NCBI GenBank assembly: GCA_037440825.1
Contig: JBBITJ010000002.1
Location: 11,351 to 22,915 of the forward strand
DNA: 11,565 nucleotides
Direction of reading: 5' to 3'
Source of the DNA: Candidatus Micrarchaeota archaeon
Lineage (GTDB): Archaea > Micrarchaeota > Micrarchaeia > Anstonellales > Bilamarchaeaceae
The position numbers and the translations under genes were made by a program. How positions within the stretch are numbered: the first letter of the stretch is position 1; every line of letters starts with the position of its first letter. This document shows, piece by piece, positions 1 through 8,342 of this stretch. The notes below the pieces were generated by a model. It made no database searches and had not been told where the DNA came from. It worked only from the letters and a program-made list of their open reading frames with translations.

Positions 1-8
1 GAAACCGT

Positions 9-764
9 CTATCTCCTAACCTCCGTGCAAACCGCCTTCTTCCCAAGCATGAGCGCCTCTATCCTCTCCGGATGCCCTGCATTCACTATGTACGAAGGCG
101 CGTCAAGGGAAAGCAATTCCCTGAGCTTGCCCTCCATCGCACCGGTAACATCCCCTTCTTTCGTCTTCAAATGCTTCTTTATCTCGGAAAAGTTCTCCTT
201 CGTGATGAGCGGAATCACCTTTCCGGCATCGTCCAGCACCCCATCCACATCAGTTGCAAGCACGACGAATTCCGCATCCTTTCCCAAATATGAAACAATC
301 TGGTCTCCTGAACAAACAGATCCAACAAGCGAGGAATCCAGCACCACGTCCCCGTAAAGCACAGGCAAAAACCCTTTTTTCAAATATTTCTGCACTATTC
401 CGGTGTCGAATTTCGAAATCCTCTTCTCCTTCTGCTCAATAAGTGCAGCAGGAGGAAGGGAAATTGCAGGCACCCTTGCTTTTATGAGCGCATTCACAAA
501 TACCTGGGAAAGCTCATTGCAAGCCCAGTGCGTATCCGCATAGCCTAGCTTCTGCGCCTCGTTCTTCACTCCGTCCTTTATCCCGTATTTCAGCACAGGC
601 GCATGCCCGAAAGAGCCGGCTCCATGCACAAGGACGAAATCCTGCACCCCTTTTTTCCAGACTGAAGCGATGGTCCGTGCCATGAAGTCGAGGTTTCCGG
701 TTTCCAGTTCCCTGTACCCGCTTTTCCGGGTTATGAAGCTGCCTCCTATCTTCAGAATCTTCAT
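9..764 (-). CDS. ipk: Isopentenyl phosphate kinase (amino-acid kinase family)
   Basis: Motifs LKIGGSFITRK, HGAGSFGH (IPK signature His), YGDVV, SGD and DVTGAMEGK; adjacent to modified mevalonate pathway genes. Confidence 0.92.
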   Translation of the reverse strand: MKILKIGGSFITRKSGYRELETGNLDFMARTIASVWKKGVQDFVLVHGAGSFGHAPVLKYGIKDGVKNEAQKLGYADTHWACNELSQVFVNALIKARVPAISLPPAALIEQKEKRISKFDTGIVQKYLKKGFLPVLYGDVVLDSSLVGSVCSGDQIVSYLGKDAEFVVLATDVDGVLDDAGKVIPLITKENFSEIKKHLKTKEGDVTGAMEGKLRELLSLDAPSYIVNAGHPERIEALMLGKKAVCTEVRR

Positions 765-777
765 GTTTTTAGCTTTC

Positions 778-804
778 CGAAAATGGTTTAATAAACGTTG
801 GTGA
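778..804. promoter_or_regulatory. Divergent archaeal promoter region with a palindromic TATA element
   Basis: GTTTAATAAAC at 786-796 is an inverted repeat, centred 27 nt from the ipk ATG (764) and 25 nt from the ubiX ATG (816); purine-rich BRE-like CGAAAATG on the left; GGTGA at 800-804. Confidence 0.55.
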
Positions 805-815
805 AATCATGAATT

Positions 816-1352
816 ATGAGAGTTCTAGTAGCAATAACTGGCGCATCCGGCCTCATCTACGCCTCCCGCCTTGTCTCAGTGCTGAAAGACATGAAAGGAG
901 TGGATTGCAAGGTCGTTATCAGCTCCGGCGCAAAAGAAGTTGCAAAAGCCGAAGGCGCAACCCTTCCAAAAGCGGATTATGAAGAATTTTATTTCTCCTG
1001 CCCGTACGCATCCGGCTCCAACCCTCCAGATGCATTAGTGGTAATTCCCTGCTCCCTCAAATCATTGGGAGAAATAGCCAACGGAGTGAGCAATTCATTG
1101 ATTACGAGGGCTGCAGAAGTAGTTCTTAAAGAGAGGAAAAAGCTCATCCTCGTGGTGAGGGAAACCCCTTATTCTCTTATAACTATAAGAAATATGGAAA
1201 CCGTCACTCTTGCAGGCGGCGTAATCCTTCCTGCAACCCCTGGCTTCTACGGAAAGCCGAAAAAAGTTGATGATCTGATAGATTTCATAGTCGCAAGGGT
1301 GCTGGACCAATTGGGTTTGAAGCATAATGTAGGGAAAAGGTGGAGCAAATGA
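816..1352 (+). CDS. ubiX: UbiX-family flavin prenyltransferase (prFMN synthase)
   Basis: Motifs AITGASG, ASGS, PCSLKSL, RETP and PGFY; 178 aa; stop overlaps the start of the UbiD gene. Confidence 0.95.
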   Translation: MRVLVAITGASGLIYASRLVSVLKDMKGVDCKVVISSGAKEVAKAEGATLPKADYEEFYFSCPYASGSNPPDALVVIPCSLKSLGEIANGVSNSLITRAAEVVLKERKKLILVVRETPYSLITIRNMETVTLAGGVILPATPGFYGKPKKVDDLIDFIVARVLDQLGLKHNVGKRWSK

Positions 1353-2647
1353 ACAGTTTCCGCGATTTCATAGGGAAATTGAAAAAGGAAGGCAAGCTCG
1401 TGGAGCTAAAGAAGCCTGTTTCCACAAAGCTTGAGCTGGCTGGCGTCCTGAAAGCCCTGGACGGCAAGCCCGTATATACTGAAAAGATAAAGGAAAATCC
1501 CGGCGCAAAAGTAGCTGGAAATATCTTCTCCACAAGAGACCTGATTTGCGATTATCTGGGAATAAAACGGGACGAACTAATCCCGAAGCTAACCTGGGCG
1601 ATAAACAATCCAAGCAAGCCGGAATCGGCGAAAACCGGTCCTGTTCTCGAAATCACGGAAAATGATGTGGACCTCTCCAAATACCCAATTCCCTTCCACG
1701 CGGAAAAAGACGGCGGCCCTTACTTCGCATCCGCAATAGTGATTGCGAATGACAAGGAGCTCGGACTAAACTGCTCCTTCCACAGGATGATGGTTATAGG
1801 AAAGGACAGAGTGGCGATACGCATCCTGAAACGCCACCTTGACGAATACATAAACAGGGCAGAAGGCGAGCTGGACGTGGCGTTCGTAGTGGGCGCGCCC
1901 ATAAACGTTATGCTCGCAGCAGCCACTTCCATAGAATTGGGAAAAGACGAATTGGAAATCGCGAACTCCCTGATGCCCTTCAAGACCGTAAGACTCGGAA
2001 ATGGAATAGAGGTTCCTGCCGATGCTGAATTCGTGTTCGAAGGAAAGATAACAAATGAAATGGTGGACGAAGGCCCGTTCATAGACCTCACGGAAACCTA
2101 CGACATAGTAAGGAAGCAGAGGGTAATGAAAATAACAAAAATCCACCACAGGAAGGACCCGATATTCCACGCGCTGCTTCCCGGCGCCTTGGAGCACAAG
2201 ATACTGATGGGAATGCCCCGCGAGCCTACTATATTCAACGAGGTAAGCAAGGTGTGCGAGTGCAAGGGAGTCAACATAACTCCAGGCGGCTGCTCCTGGC
2301 TCCACGCAGTCGTTTCAATAAAAAAGAAGAGCGAAGACGACGGAAAAAAGGCGATAGAAGCAGCGTTCAGGGGCCACAAGTCCCTAAAGCACGTCGTAAT
2401 AGTTGATGAAGACATAGACATCTATGATTCCGCTTCAGTTGAGTGGGCGATAGCCACGAGGGTGCAGGCAGACAAGAGCGCCATAATTAAATCCAATGAA
2501 AAGGGCTCTTCCCTGGACCCTTCAGCAGACCCGCACACTTACGCAACAGCCAAGATGGGGTTGGATGCCACGAAGCCGCTCAAGGCGCACGGCAAGAACT
2601 TCGCAAAAGCCGAATGGATGAAAGTAAACCCGAATGATTACATATAG
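1349..2647 (+). CDS. UbiD-family prFMN-dependent decarboxylase, most likely trans-anhydromevalonate 5-phosphate decarboxylase
   Basis: UbiD motifs (SFRDFI N-terminus, SFHRM, EGPFxD, VDEDID, SSLDPS, KMGLDAT); ATG at 1349 overlaps the ubiX TGA, SD-like AGGTGG at 1338-1343; substrate inferred from the ipk/aconitase-X context. Confidence 0.88.
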   Translation: MNSFRDFIGKLKKEGKLVELKKPVSTKLELAGVLKALDGKPVYTEKIKENPGAKVAGNIFSTRDLICDYLGIKRDELIPKLTWAINNPSKPESAKTGPVLEITENDVDLSKYPIPFHAEKDGGPYFASAIVIANDKELGLNCSFHRMMVIGKDRVAIRILKRHLDEYINRAEGELDVAFVVGAPINVMLAAATSIELGKDELEIANSLMPFKTVRLGNGIEVPADAEFVFEGKITNEMVDEGPFIDLTETYDIVRKQRVMKITKIHHRKDPIFHALLPGALEHKILMGMPREPTIFNEVSKVCECKGVNITPGGCSWLHAVVSIKKKSEDDGKKAIEAAFRGHKSLKHVVIVDEDIDIYDSASVEWAIATRVQADKSAIIKSNEKGSSLDPSADPHTYATAKMGLDATKPLKAHGKNFAKAEWMKVNPNDYI

Positions 2648-2655
2648 GTGCAAGG

Positions 2656-3828
2656 ATGCAGCTTTCCAAAATCGAGCAGAAAATGTACGAAGGCGAAATG
2701 GGCGAGGCAGTTCGCCAGTCCATGGAAATCCTCGTGGCTTTGGGAAAAATCTACGGCGCGGAAAGGATGATTCCTATAACTTCCGCGCAGATCGCCGGAG
2801 TTTCGTACAAGACGATAGGCGACGCTGGGCTCGATTACCTGAAGGATTTCGCTTCGAAGGGTGCGAAAGTGAAAATCCCATCCTTCCTGAACCCTGCCGG
2901 AATGGACAGGGCGCAATGGAAGGAGATGAAGGTTCCGGAGAATTTCGCCAAAAAGCAGATTGAAGTGCTTGATGCATACGCATCCATGGGCATAACCATG
3001 ACTTGTACCTGCACTCCTTATTTGGTTGGGCTGAAGCCCAAGAGAGGCGAGCACATCGCATGGTCGGAAAGCTCGGCAGTTGCATTCTCAAATTCGGTTT
3101 TGGGTGCACGCACAAACCGGGAAGGCGGCCCGAGCGCGCTCGCAGCTGCGATATGCGGCGTAACCCCTGAATATGGCTTCCATTTGGATAAGAACAGAGT
3201 GTGCAGCGTATTGGTGGAAGTGGAAGCTGACCTGAAAACATCAGCGGATTACGGCGCTATGGGCTACTACCTGGGAAAAATAGTGAAGAACAGGAATCCT
3301 GCGTTCAGAGGAATAAAAGGCGCGAGCAACGACAAACTGAAGGGGCTCGGAGCCGCGCTCGCATCCTCCGGCTCGGTCGCGATGTTCCACGCAGAAGGCA
3401 TAACTCCGGAATTCGCGCTCGCAGATGCGCCGGAAAAAATCACTTTCACTCAAAAGGAACTGGAAGAGACCAAAGAGAAGCTCAACTCCAAGGAGAAGCC
3501 GGACCTCATCACGATCGGCTGCCCTCATGCGTCAATCGAAGAAATAAAGGAAATCTCGGACATCGTGAAAGGGAAAAGGCTGGACTGCGAGCTCTGGGTT
3601 TGCACAGCAAGGCAGACTAAAGCCATTGCAGACAGCATGGGCTACACAGCAATAATAGAGGGCGCAGGCGGAAGGATTGTTGCGGATACGTGCATGGTGG
3701 TCTGCCCCCTTGAACAGATGGGCCACAAGGTCACTGGCTGCAATTCAGGGAAAGCGGCGAACTACCTCGCATCACTGTCCAAGCAAAAAGTCGTATTCGG
3801 AAATCCAGGTGACATAATATGCAAGTGA
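2656..3828 (+). CDS. Aconitase X catalytic subunit, likely phosphomevalonate dehydratase large subunit
   Basis: Fe-S Cys motifs TCTCTPY, GCPHAS and [29 protein letters not shown]; context. Confidence 0.9.
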   Translation: MQLSKIEQKMYEGEMGEAVRQSMEILVALGKIYGAERMIPITSAQIAGVSYKTIGDAGLDYLKDFASKGAKVKIPSFLNPAGMDRAQWKEMKVPENFAKKQIEVLDAYASMGITMTCTCTPYLVGLKPKRGEHIAWSESSAVAFSNSVLGARTNREGGPSALAAAICGVTPEYGFHLDKNRVCSVLVEVEADLKTSADYGAMGYYLGKIVKNRNPAFRGIKGASNDKLKGLGAALASSGSVAMFHAEGITPEFALADAPEKITFTQKELEETKEKLNSKEKPDLITIGCPHASIEEIKEISDIVKGKRLDCELWVCTARQTKAIADSMGYTAIIEGAGGRIVADTCMVVCPLEQMGHKVTGCNSGKAANYLASLSKQKVVFGNPGDIICK

Positions 3829-4214
3829 GCGCAAGGGTGATCTCCCGCGGGAAGGCGAAAGGAAAAATCCTGCTCAGCAAGGACTCAATTTCGTTCCTCG
3901 GAGGAGTCGACCCGAAAACCGGGATAGTGATGGAGAAGGGGCACGCGCTCGAAGGCAAATCAATCGCAGGCACAGTGCTGGTCTTTCCCAACGGAAAGGG
4001 CTCCACAGTGGGCTCCTACGTGATGCTCCAGCTCAAAAAGAACGGAAAAGCGCCTGCTGCGATAATCAATTCAGAAGCCGAGCCCATAATCGCCGTAGGC
4101 GCGATAATTTCCAGCATTCCTATGATAGACAAGCTTGCAAAGGACCCATTCTCCATTCTGAAAGACGGGCAGGAAGTAGAAGTGGACGCAGAGAACGGAA
4201 TGCTGGTTTTTTAA
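3819..4214 (+). CDS. Aconitase X swiveling-domain subunit (DUF126), likely phosphomevalonate dehydratase small subunit
   Basis: [30 protein letters not shown]; overlaps the large-subunit stop. Confidence 0.9.
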   Translation: MQVSARVISRGKAKGKILLSKDSISFLGGVDPKTGIVMEKGHALEGKSIAGTVLVFPNGKGSTVGSYVMLQLKKNGKAPAAIINSEAEPIIAVGAIISSIPMIDKLAKDPFSILKDGQEVEVDAENGMLVF

Positions 4215-4235
4215 CCACAGAGGAGAGTGAAGCTC

Positions 4236-4616
4236 ATGTATGGATACGGAAAGGGTTCGCGCGCTGAAAGGGAATTGATCCACTATTTCACTGAAAACGG
4301 CTATTCTGTAATCCGCGCAGCGGGAAGCGGAGTGAGCTCGCTTTCACCCGACCTGCTCTTATTCAAGAGGGGAAACCAGTATGCGATAGAGGCAAAGGCG
4401 CACGAAACCGAAAACCTGAGCCTGGACCGCGACCAATTCTTAGGCTTGAAAAAGTGGGAAGAGAACACCGGCATTACCACTCTCGTCGGGTGGAGGAGAA
4501 ACCGGGAGGAATGGCTGTTCGTTCCTCTCTCTATTTTTGATGAAAAGGAAAAATCCTTCACTCTCAACTGGGAAAGGGCGCAGATGGTAGGACGGAAAAA
4601 AGAGGAGCTTATCTGA
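4236..4616 (+). CDS. hjc: Archaeal Holliday junction resolvase Hjc
   Basis: KGSRAERELI, IRAAGSG and PD...IEAK (PD-(D/E)xK) motifs; ATG 4236 preferred over GTG 4227. Confidence 0.88.
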   Translation: MYGYGKGSRAERELIHYFTENGYSVIRAAGSGVSSLSPDLLLFKRGNQYAIEAKAHETENLSLDRDQFLGLKKWEENTGITTLVGWRRNREEWLFVPLSIFDEKEKSFTLNWERAQMVGRKKEELI

Positions 4617-4638
4617 TTCTGAAACCTGAGCGGTGTGT

Positions 4639-5604
4639 TCATCTGGCCTGGTCTATCCTGTAATCCTGTATCGCTTCCCATTCCTCCACAGGTTTCCGGT
4701 TTCGCGGTTTAGCGTACAGCAATTCCCCTGCATAAGCGATCATCGCCCCATTATCTCTATTGAATTCATCAGGCGCAACCCCGAATTCCACCCCGTCTTC
4801 TGCGCACATCATCCGCAGCATCTCCTGCAACCTCCTGTTCTGCGCAACCCCTCCGCATGCGACCAGTTTTTTCTTTTTAGTAAGAAATAGCGCTCTCTCA
4901 GTGGCCTCGCAGCTCATCGCGAAAGCGGTCTCCATGAGCGAATATGCGACATCCTTCTTCGCCTTTGTCTGCGCGAGCTTGGACGCGCTGGTGAGCAACC
5001 CGGAAAACACGAGGTTCATTCCCTTCACCGAATAGGGCAGTTCCACGTATTTCCCTCCTTTCGCAAACTCCGCAAGAGCGGATCCGTGCGCATACTCCAT
5101 CCCGATATTCCTGGCGAAAGAGTCGAAAAGGTTGCCCATCCCTATGTCCAAAGTTTCCCCGAGCACGTGAAAACCGGTTTTTTCCTCCATGAGAATCTGG
5201 CTGTTCCCCCCGCTCAGATAAATGTAAAGGGGATTCTTCAACCCGGTAAGGTGCTCGCTTATCTTCGCGTGCGCGTAGCAGTGGTTCACCCCTATTGCTG
5301 GCTTTCCGTATTTTTTCGCCAAATACTTGGCCATCACCACTCCCATGCGGAGCGGTGCGCCTATTCCAGGTCCCTGCGCGAAAGCTATCAGGTCCACATC
5401 TGAAATGCGCAGCCCTGCGGTGAGCAGGTTCTCCCTGAGCAGCCGCGTGAACACGTCTGCATGGTGGTCAGCCGCCTTCCTTGGCAGTATCCCTTCCCCA
5501 GCAGGCGGCTTGTACGTATCGTAAATGTTTGAAATAACCTTCCCGCCTTTGACTATGCCTATTCCAAGAGTATGAGCCGTACTCTCAATTCCTAATGTTA
5601 TCAT
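4639..5604 (-). CDS. kae1: tRNA N6-threonylcarbamoyladenosine transferase Kae1 (KEOPS), not fused to Bud32
   Basis: LGIESTAHT, GPGIG, NHCYAH metal motif, SGGNS, GETLD, GGVAQN, DNGAMIA; ATG at 5604 overlaps the upstream TGA (ATGA). Confidence 0.95.
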   Translation of the reverse strand: MITLGIESTAHTLGIGIVKGGKVISNIYDTYKPPAGEGILPRKAADHHADVFTRLLRENLLTAGLRISDVDLIAFAQGPGIGAPLRMGVVMAKYLAKKYGKPAIGVNHCYAHAKISEHLTGLKNPLYIYLSGGNSQILMEEKTGFHVLGETLDIGMGNLFDSFARNIGMEYAHGSALAEFAKGGKYVELPYSVKGMNLVFSGLLTSASKLAQTKAKKDVAYSLMETAFAMSCEATERALFLTKKKKLVACGGVAQNRRLQEMLRMMCAEDGVEFGVAPDEFNRDNGAMIAYAGELLYAKPRNRKPVEEWEAIQDYRIDQAR

Positions 5605-6344
5605 CCTGCCACCAGACGGGTGATGAACATGAGCGTGAGCGAAGCCGCATTGAACAGCGCGTGCGCGATTATGCACGTGAGCAGGTTCCTCTCCTTCCTG
5701 AAATAATACGCGAGTATGAGCCCTATCACAAATGCGCCCGCGATCTCGCTCAGCGAACCGTAGAACAGGTGGGAGAGCGCGAACAGCGCTGCTGATGCCG
5801 CAATCCCGTACCTAGCAGCCAGGAACCCCCTGAAAAGCAGCTCCTCGCTCAGCGGAGCGAAGAGCACGGCAAAGAGCACTACGTATAGCGGCAGCTCTGC
5901 CACTTTCGAATATACCTTCAGCGCATCGGATCTTATCCCGAGGAACAGCATGAAATACGAGAGCGCGAGCACTGCCACGACCATCAGGAACAGCAATCCA
6001 AGCGCGTGAAGCCCGCTCTTGTAAAGCTCCTTCCTCTTCGTTATCTTGTCCGCGAGCACCTTGTCCACGTCCTTGTGGATGAAATAGAGCGCGAGCGAGA
6101 GCATCGCGAGGTGCGCGTCCACGACCACCGAGTAGGGGAGCAGCCTGTGCACTACGGAAAATAGGGCTATGATGATTATCGCGGCTGCTGCGTGCGGCTT
6201 GCCGAAATGGACCGCTGCCAGCACCACGAACCCTATGATTAGAGGTATCTTGAAAATCGAGACGCCGTCATTGGCCCCGAAATAATAGAAGAAGCCTGAT
6301 ATGCAGAAAGAAAGGAAAGCAACCAGAAAAAGGTTCCTGTCCAT
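5601..6344 (-). CDS. CPBP (type II CAAX / Abi family) intramembrane glutamic protease with extra N-terminal TM helices
   Basis: EELLFRG, FALSH and AHALFN motifs; many TM segments; start uncertain (6344 or 6440); the ORF-track start at 6554 overlaps S27ae. Confidence 0.85.
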   Translation of the reverse strand: MDRNLFLVAFLSFCISGFFYYFGANDGVSIFKIPLIIGFVVLAAVHFGKPHAAAAIIIIALFSVVHRLLPYSVVVDAHLAMLSLALYFIHKDVDKVLADKITKRKELYKSGLHALGLLFLMVVAVLALSYFMLFLGIRSDALKVYSKVAELPLYVVLFAVLFAPLSEELLFRGFLAARYGIAASAALFALSHLFYGSLSEIAGAFVIGLILAYYFRKERNLLTCIIAHALFNAASLTLMFITRLVAG

Positions 6345-6448
6345 CTCAGTATTGGCGCCGGTGCCCGGCTTGTGTCGATTCGATCCGGAGATTCGTCGCA
6401 GAATGAGCGGCGCCTCCGAGGTCTCTTCGGCGACGTTCATGCGAAAAC

Positions 6449-6619
6449 TCACTTCTTTTCGAAGTATCCGCACTTCCCGCAGGAGCGCCTGTCCTTGTGC
6501 TCCGCGAGCCTCACTCCAGGTCCGCACTTCGGGCAGTATTTCCCTTGCTTCCACGGCCCTGCCTTCTTCTCATTCTTAGCCGGAGCTGCGGGCTTCTTCG
6601 CTTCCTTCTTTTCAACCAT
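6449..6619 (-). CDS. rps27ae: 30S ribosomal protein S27ae (eS31)
   Basis: Manual translation [57 protein letters not shown]4 zinc ribbon; SD-like AGGTGG; directly downstream of S24e. Confidence 0.93.
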   Translation of the reverse strand: MVEKKEAKKPAAPAKNEKKAGPWKQGKYCPKCGPGVRLAEHKDRRSCGKCGYFEKK

Positions 6620-6632
6620 AAACGCCACCTAT

Positions 6633-6962
6633 CTACTTCTTCTTCGCAGCAGGCGCAGCCTTCTTCTCCTTCTTCGGCTTCTTCTCAGCCATGCCGTCGC
6701 GCACGAGTATGTGCCTCGGCTCGGTCTTGAGCGCCGCCTCCTTGGTCGCGTAAACGTGCAGCACCGCATCCACGTTCCTGATCCCGAATTTCGAGCGGAC
6801 CTCGTTCAGCACAACGCTATCCGGGTTCGCCCCGAGCTTCGAGGACACGAGCTCCTTTATCTCCTTCCTGCTGGGAGTACTCTTGTCGAACGAGATGGTT
6901 GCGGTTACCTCTTTCCTTCCCATCACCGCATTTTCAATAGTCTTGATTATCTTCGCGTCCAT
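6633..6962 (-). CDS. rps24e: 30S ribosomal protein S24e
   Basis: ENAVMGRKEV, TPSRKEI, KFG, VY...EPRHILVR; conserved pairing with S27ae. Confidence 0.93.
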   Translation of the reverse strand: MDAKIIKTIENAVMGRKEVTATISFDKSTPSRKEIKELVSSKLGANPDSVVLNEVRSKFGIRNVDAVLHVYATKEAALKTEPRHILVRDGMAEKKPKKEKKAAPAAKKK

Positions 6963-6966
6963 ATGA

Positions 6967-7359
6967 TCACTTTATCCTCTCCATCTTCCTCCTTCCCATC
7001 GCCTGGAGCACTTCCGCCTCCTTCCCGCTCGCGGCGTTCGCCAAGAGCTCCTCGGGAATCTCTATGTCGTACATCTCCGAGCTTTCCTGGTCCATGACCT
7101 GCGCGGTCTTCCCGCTCACGCTCATGAGCAGCACGTTCTTCCTCTCTATGATCGGGACTTCTACGTCCTGGTCGCTGGGCGTGAGGAGCGTCTTCTTCTG
7201 GCCGTCGAATATGCCGATGGCGGTCACGCGCATCTTCGCTGCGCCGTGCTTCCCAGGCTTCGAGGTATCGATCTCCACGATCCTGCAGGGTATGCCCTCT
7301 ATGAGGACGTACTTGCCTTCCTTCAAATCCTTCGCTGAAGCGAAAATTTTCTCACTCAT
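6967..7359 (-). CDS. eif5a: Translation factor aIF5A (eIF5A)
   Basis: Hypusine-loop motif SKPGKHGAAK; ATG at 7359 with GGTGA SD-like sequence just upstream. Confidence 0.95.
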   Translation of the reverse strand: MSEKIFASAKDLKEGKYVLIEGIPCRIVEIDTSKPGKHGAAKMRVTAIGIFDGQKKTLLTPSDQDVEVPIIERKNVLLMSVSGKTAQVMDQESSEMYDIEIPEELLANAASGKEAEVLQAMGRRKMERIK

Positions 7360-7420
7360 CAAGTTCACCAATTCAATTCGTAGAACTATGCTTTTGTGCA
7401 AAAGGATTAATATTGTTAGT

Positions 7421-7436
7421 ATTTATAAACGTTTTT
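7421..7436 (-). promoter_or_regulatory. BRE/TATA promoter for the aIF5A-S24e-S27ae run
   Basis: Minus strand reads AAAAACGTTTATAAAT, about 60 nt upstream of the aIF5A ATG; similar AACGTTTA motifs at about 790 and 11355. Confidence 0.55.
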
Positions 7437-7511
7437 ATGTCGTCAAAATCCCTCCACGATGTGCTGGACAACGAGTTCATGCAGGCGTGCAGGGCGGTTT
7501 TAGGCGTGTAA
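7437..7511 (+). CDS. Possible 24-aa small protein (MSSKSLHDVLDNEFMQACRAVLGV)
   Basis: ATG...TAA ORF with coding-like composition; AAAAGGATTAATAT BRE/TATA-like element about 25-30 nt upstream. Confidence 0.3.
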   Translation: MSSKSLHDVLDNEFMQACRAVLGV

Positions 7512-7519
7512 GTGGGCCC

Positions 7520-7548
7520 ATTATTCCAATAATAGATTCCCATCGCCA
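7520..7548 (+). pseudogene. Degenerate remnant of a tatD 5' end
   Basis: 7526-7548 matches 7630-7652 at 18/23 nt; translates IIPIIDSHR versus MTLPIIDAHC. Confidence 0.6.
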
Positions 7549-7553
7549 AAACC

Positions 7554-7598
7554 GTTTCAAGTTTCCGGTCCCGAGTTCCGAAATGCACGGCTGGAAAC
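7554..7598 (+). repeat. Degenerate heptamer tandem repeat / hairpin
   Basis: gtttcaa-gtttccg-gtcccga-gttccga, followed by the inverted copy ggctggaaac (7589-7598). Confidence 0.7.
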
Positions 7599-7620
7599 CG
7601 AGCCTAAGAGCTGATTCGCC

Positions 7621-8334
7621 ATGACTTTGCCGATAATCGACGCCCATTGCCATCTGCAGGATTACAAGACCATAGAAATAAAGCCCGGCTGGCTTCCGGT
7701 AACGGTAGGCTATTCGCACAATTCGAACATCAAGAATGCTGAAATAGCCAAGAAATACGATTTGCCCTATGCACTGGGAATCGCTCCGCAGAGCGCAGTG
7801 AAGGAGGGCATCTCCAAACTGGATTTGTGGGTTGATGAAATAAGGAAGCACAAGCCCAACGCGATAGGCGAGATAGGGCTGGATTTACACTGGGTGAAGA
7901 CTTCTCAGCACCTGAAAGACGAAGAAATCCTGTTCGAAAGGATGCTCGACCTCGCGGACGAGATGAAGCTTCCAATCACCATCCACTCCCGCGACGCGGA
8001 ATCCAAGGTAATTGAAATCCTCCGCGAGCGTAAATGGTCCAGGGGGATAATGATGCATTTCTTCTCAGGAACCCTGGAGGATGCGGAAAAGGCGGTTGAC
8101 TTGGGCGCCTTCATCTCCATTCCACCTCTGCGCTCCAAGGAAAGAAAAAATATTATAAACACCCTCGGAGTAGATAAACTGCTTGTGGAAACCGATTCGC
8201 CTTATGTGGTACGAACTTTTTACGAGGTTGAGCGCGCGATAGAATACATCGCTGAAACAAAAGGCCTCGATAAGGGACTTGTTGCGGAGCAGACCGCAAA
8301 GAACGCGATCGGCTTTTTCGGCATAAAATTGTAG
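7621..8334 (+). CDS. tatD: TatD-family deoxyribonuclease / amidohydrolase
   Basis: IIDAHCHL, AIGEIGLD, IHSR, MHFFSG and LLVETDSPY motifs. Confidence 0.93.
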   Translation: MTLPIIDAHCHLQDYKTIEIKPGWLPVTVGYSHNSNIKNAEIAKKYDLPYALGIAPQSAVKEGISKLDLWVDEIRKHKPNAIGEIGLDLHWVKTSQHLKDEEILFERMLDLADEMKLPITIHSRDAESKVIEILRERKWSRGIMMHFFSGTLEDAEKAVDLGAFISIPPLRSKERKNIINTLGVDKLLVETDSPYVVRTFYEVERAIEYIAETKGLDKGLVAEQTAKNAIGFFGIKL

Positions 8335-8342
8335 GTGGTTTC

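Noticed and set aside
1349..4214. UbiD/UbiX as ubiquinone or aromatic-acid decarboxylase, and AcnX as hydroxyproline dehydratase
   Set aside because: Co-location with IPK and the split two-subunit AcnX fits the modified mevalonate pathway far better
5605..5676. N-terminal extension of Kae1 in the ORF track
   Set aside because: It overlaps the CPBP gene; the Kae1 family signature begins at MITLGIEST (5604)
6353..6414. tRNA-like or C/D-box sRNA reading of the S27ae-CPBP spacer (ends CGGCGCCA on the minus strand)
   Set aside because: No proper D, anticodon or T arms and no convincing C/C' boxes; kept only as an unexplained structured spacer
6345..6554. N-terminal extension of the 317-aa CPBP ORF
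   Set aside because: It overlaps the clear S27ae gene in another frame; the true start is further downstream
6372..7624. Long plus-strand ORFs 6372..7097 and 7064..7624
   Set aside because: Antisense shadows of the ribosomal protein and aIF5A genes; only the short tatD-like remnant near 7520-7548 is meaningful
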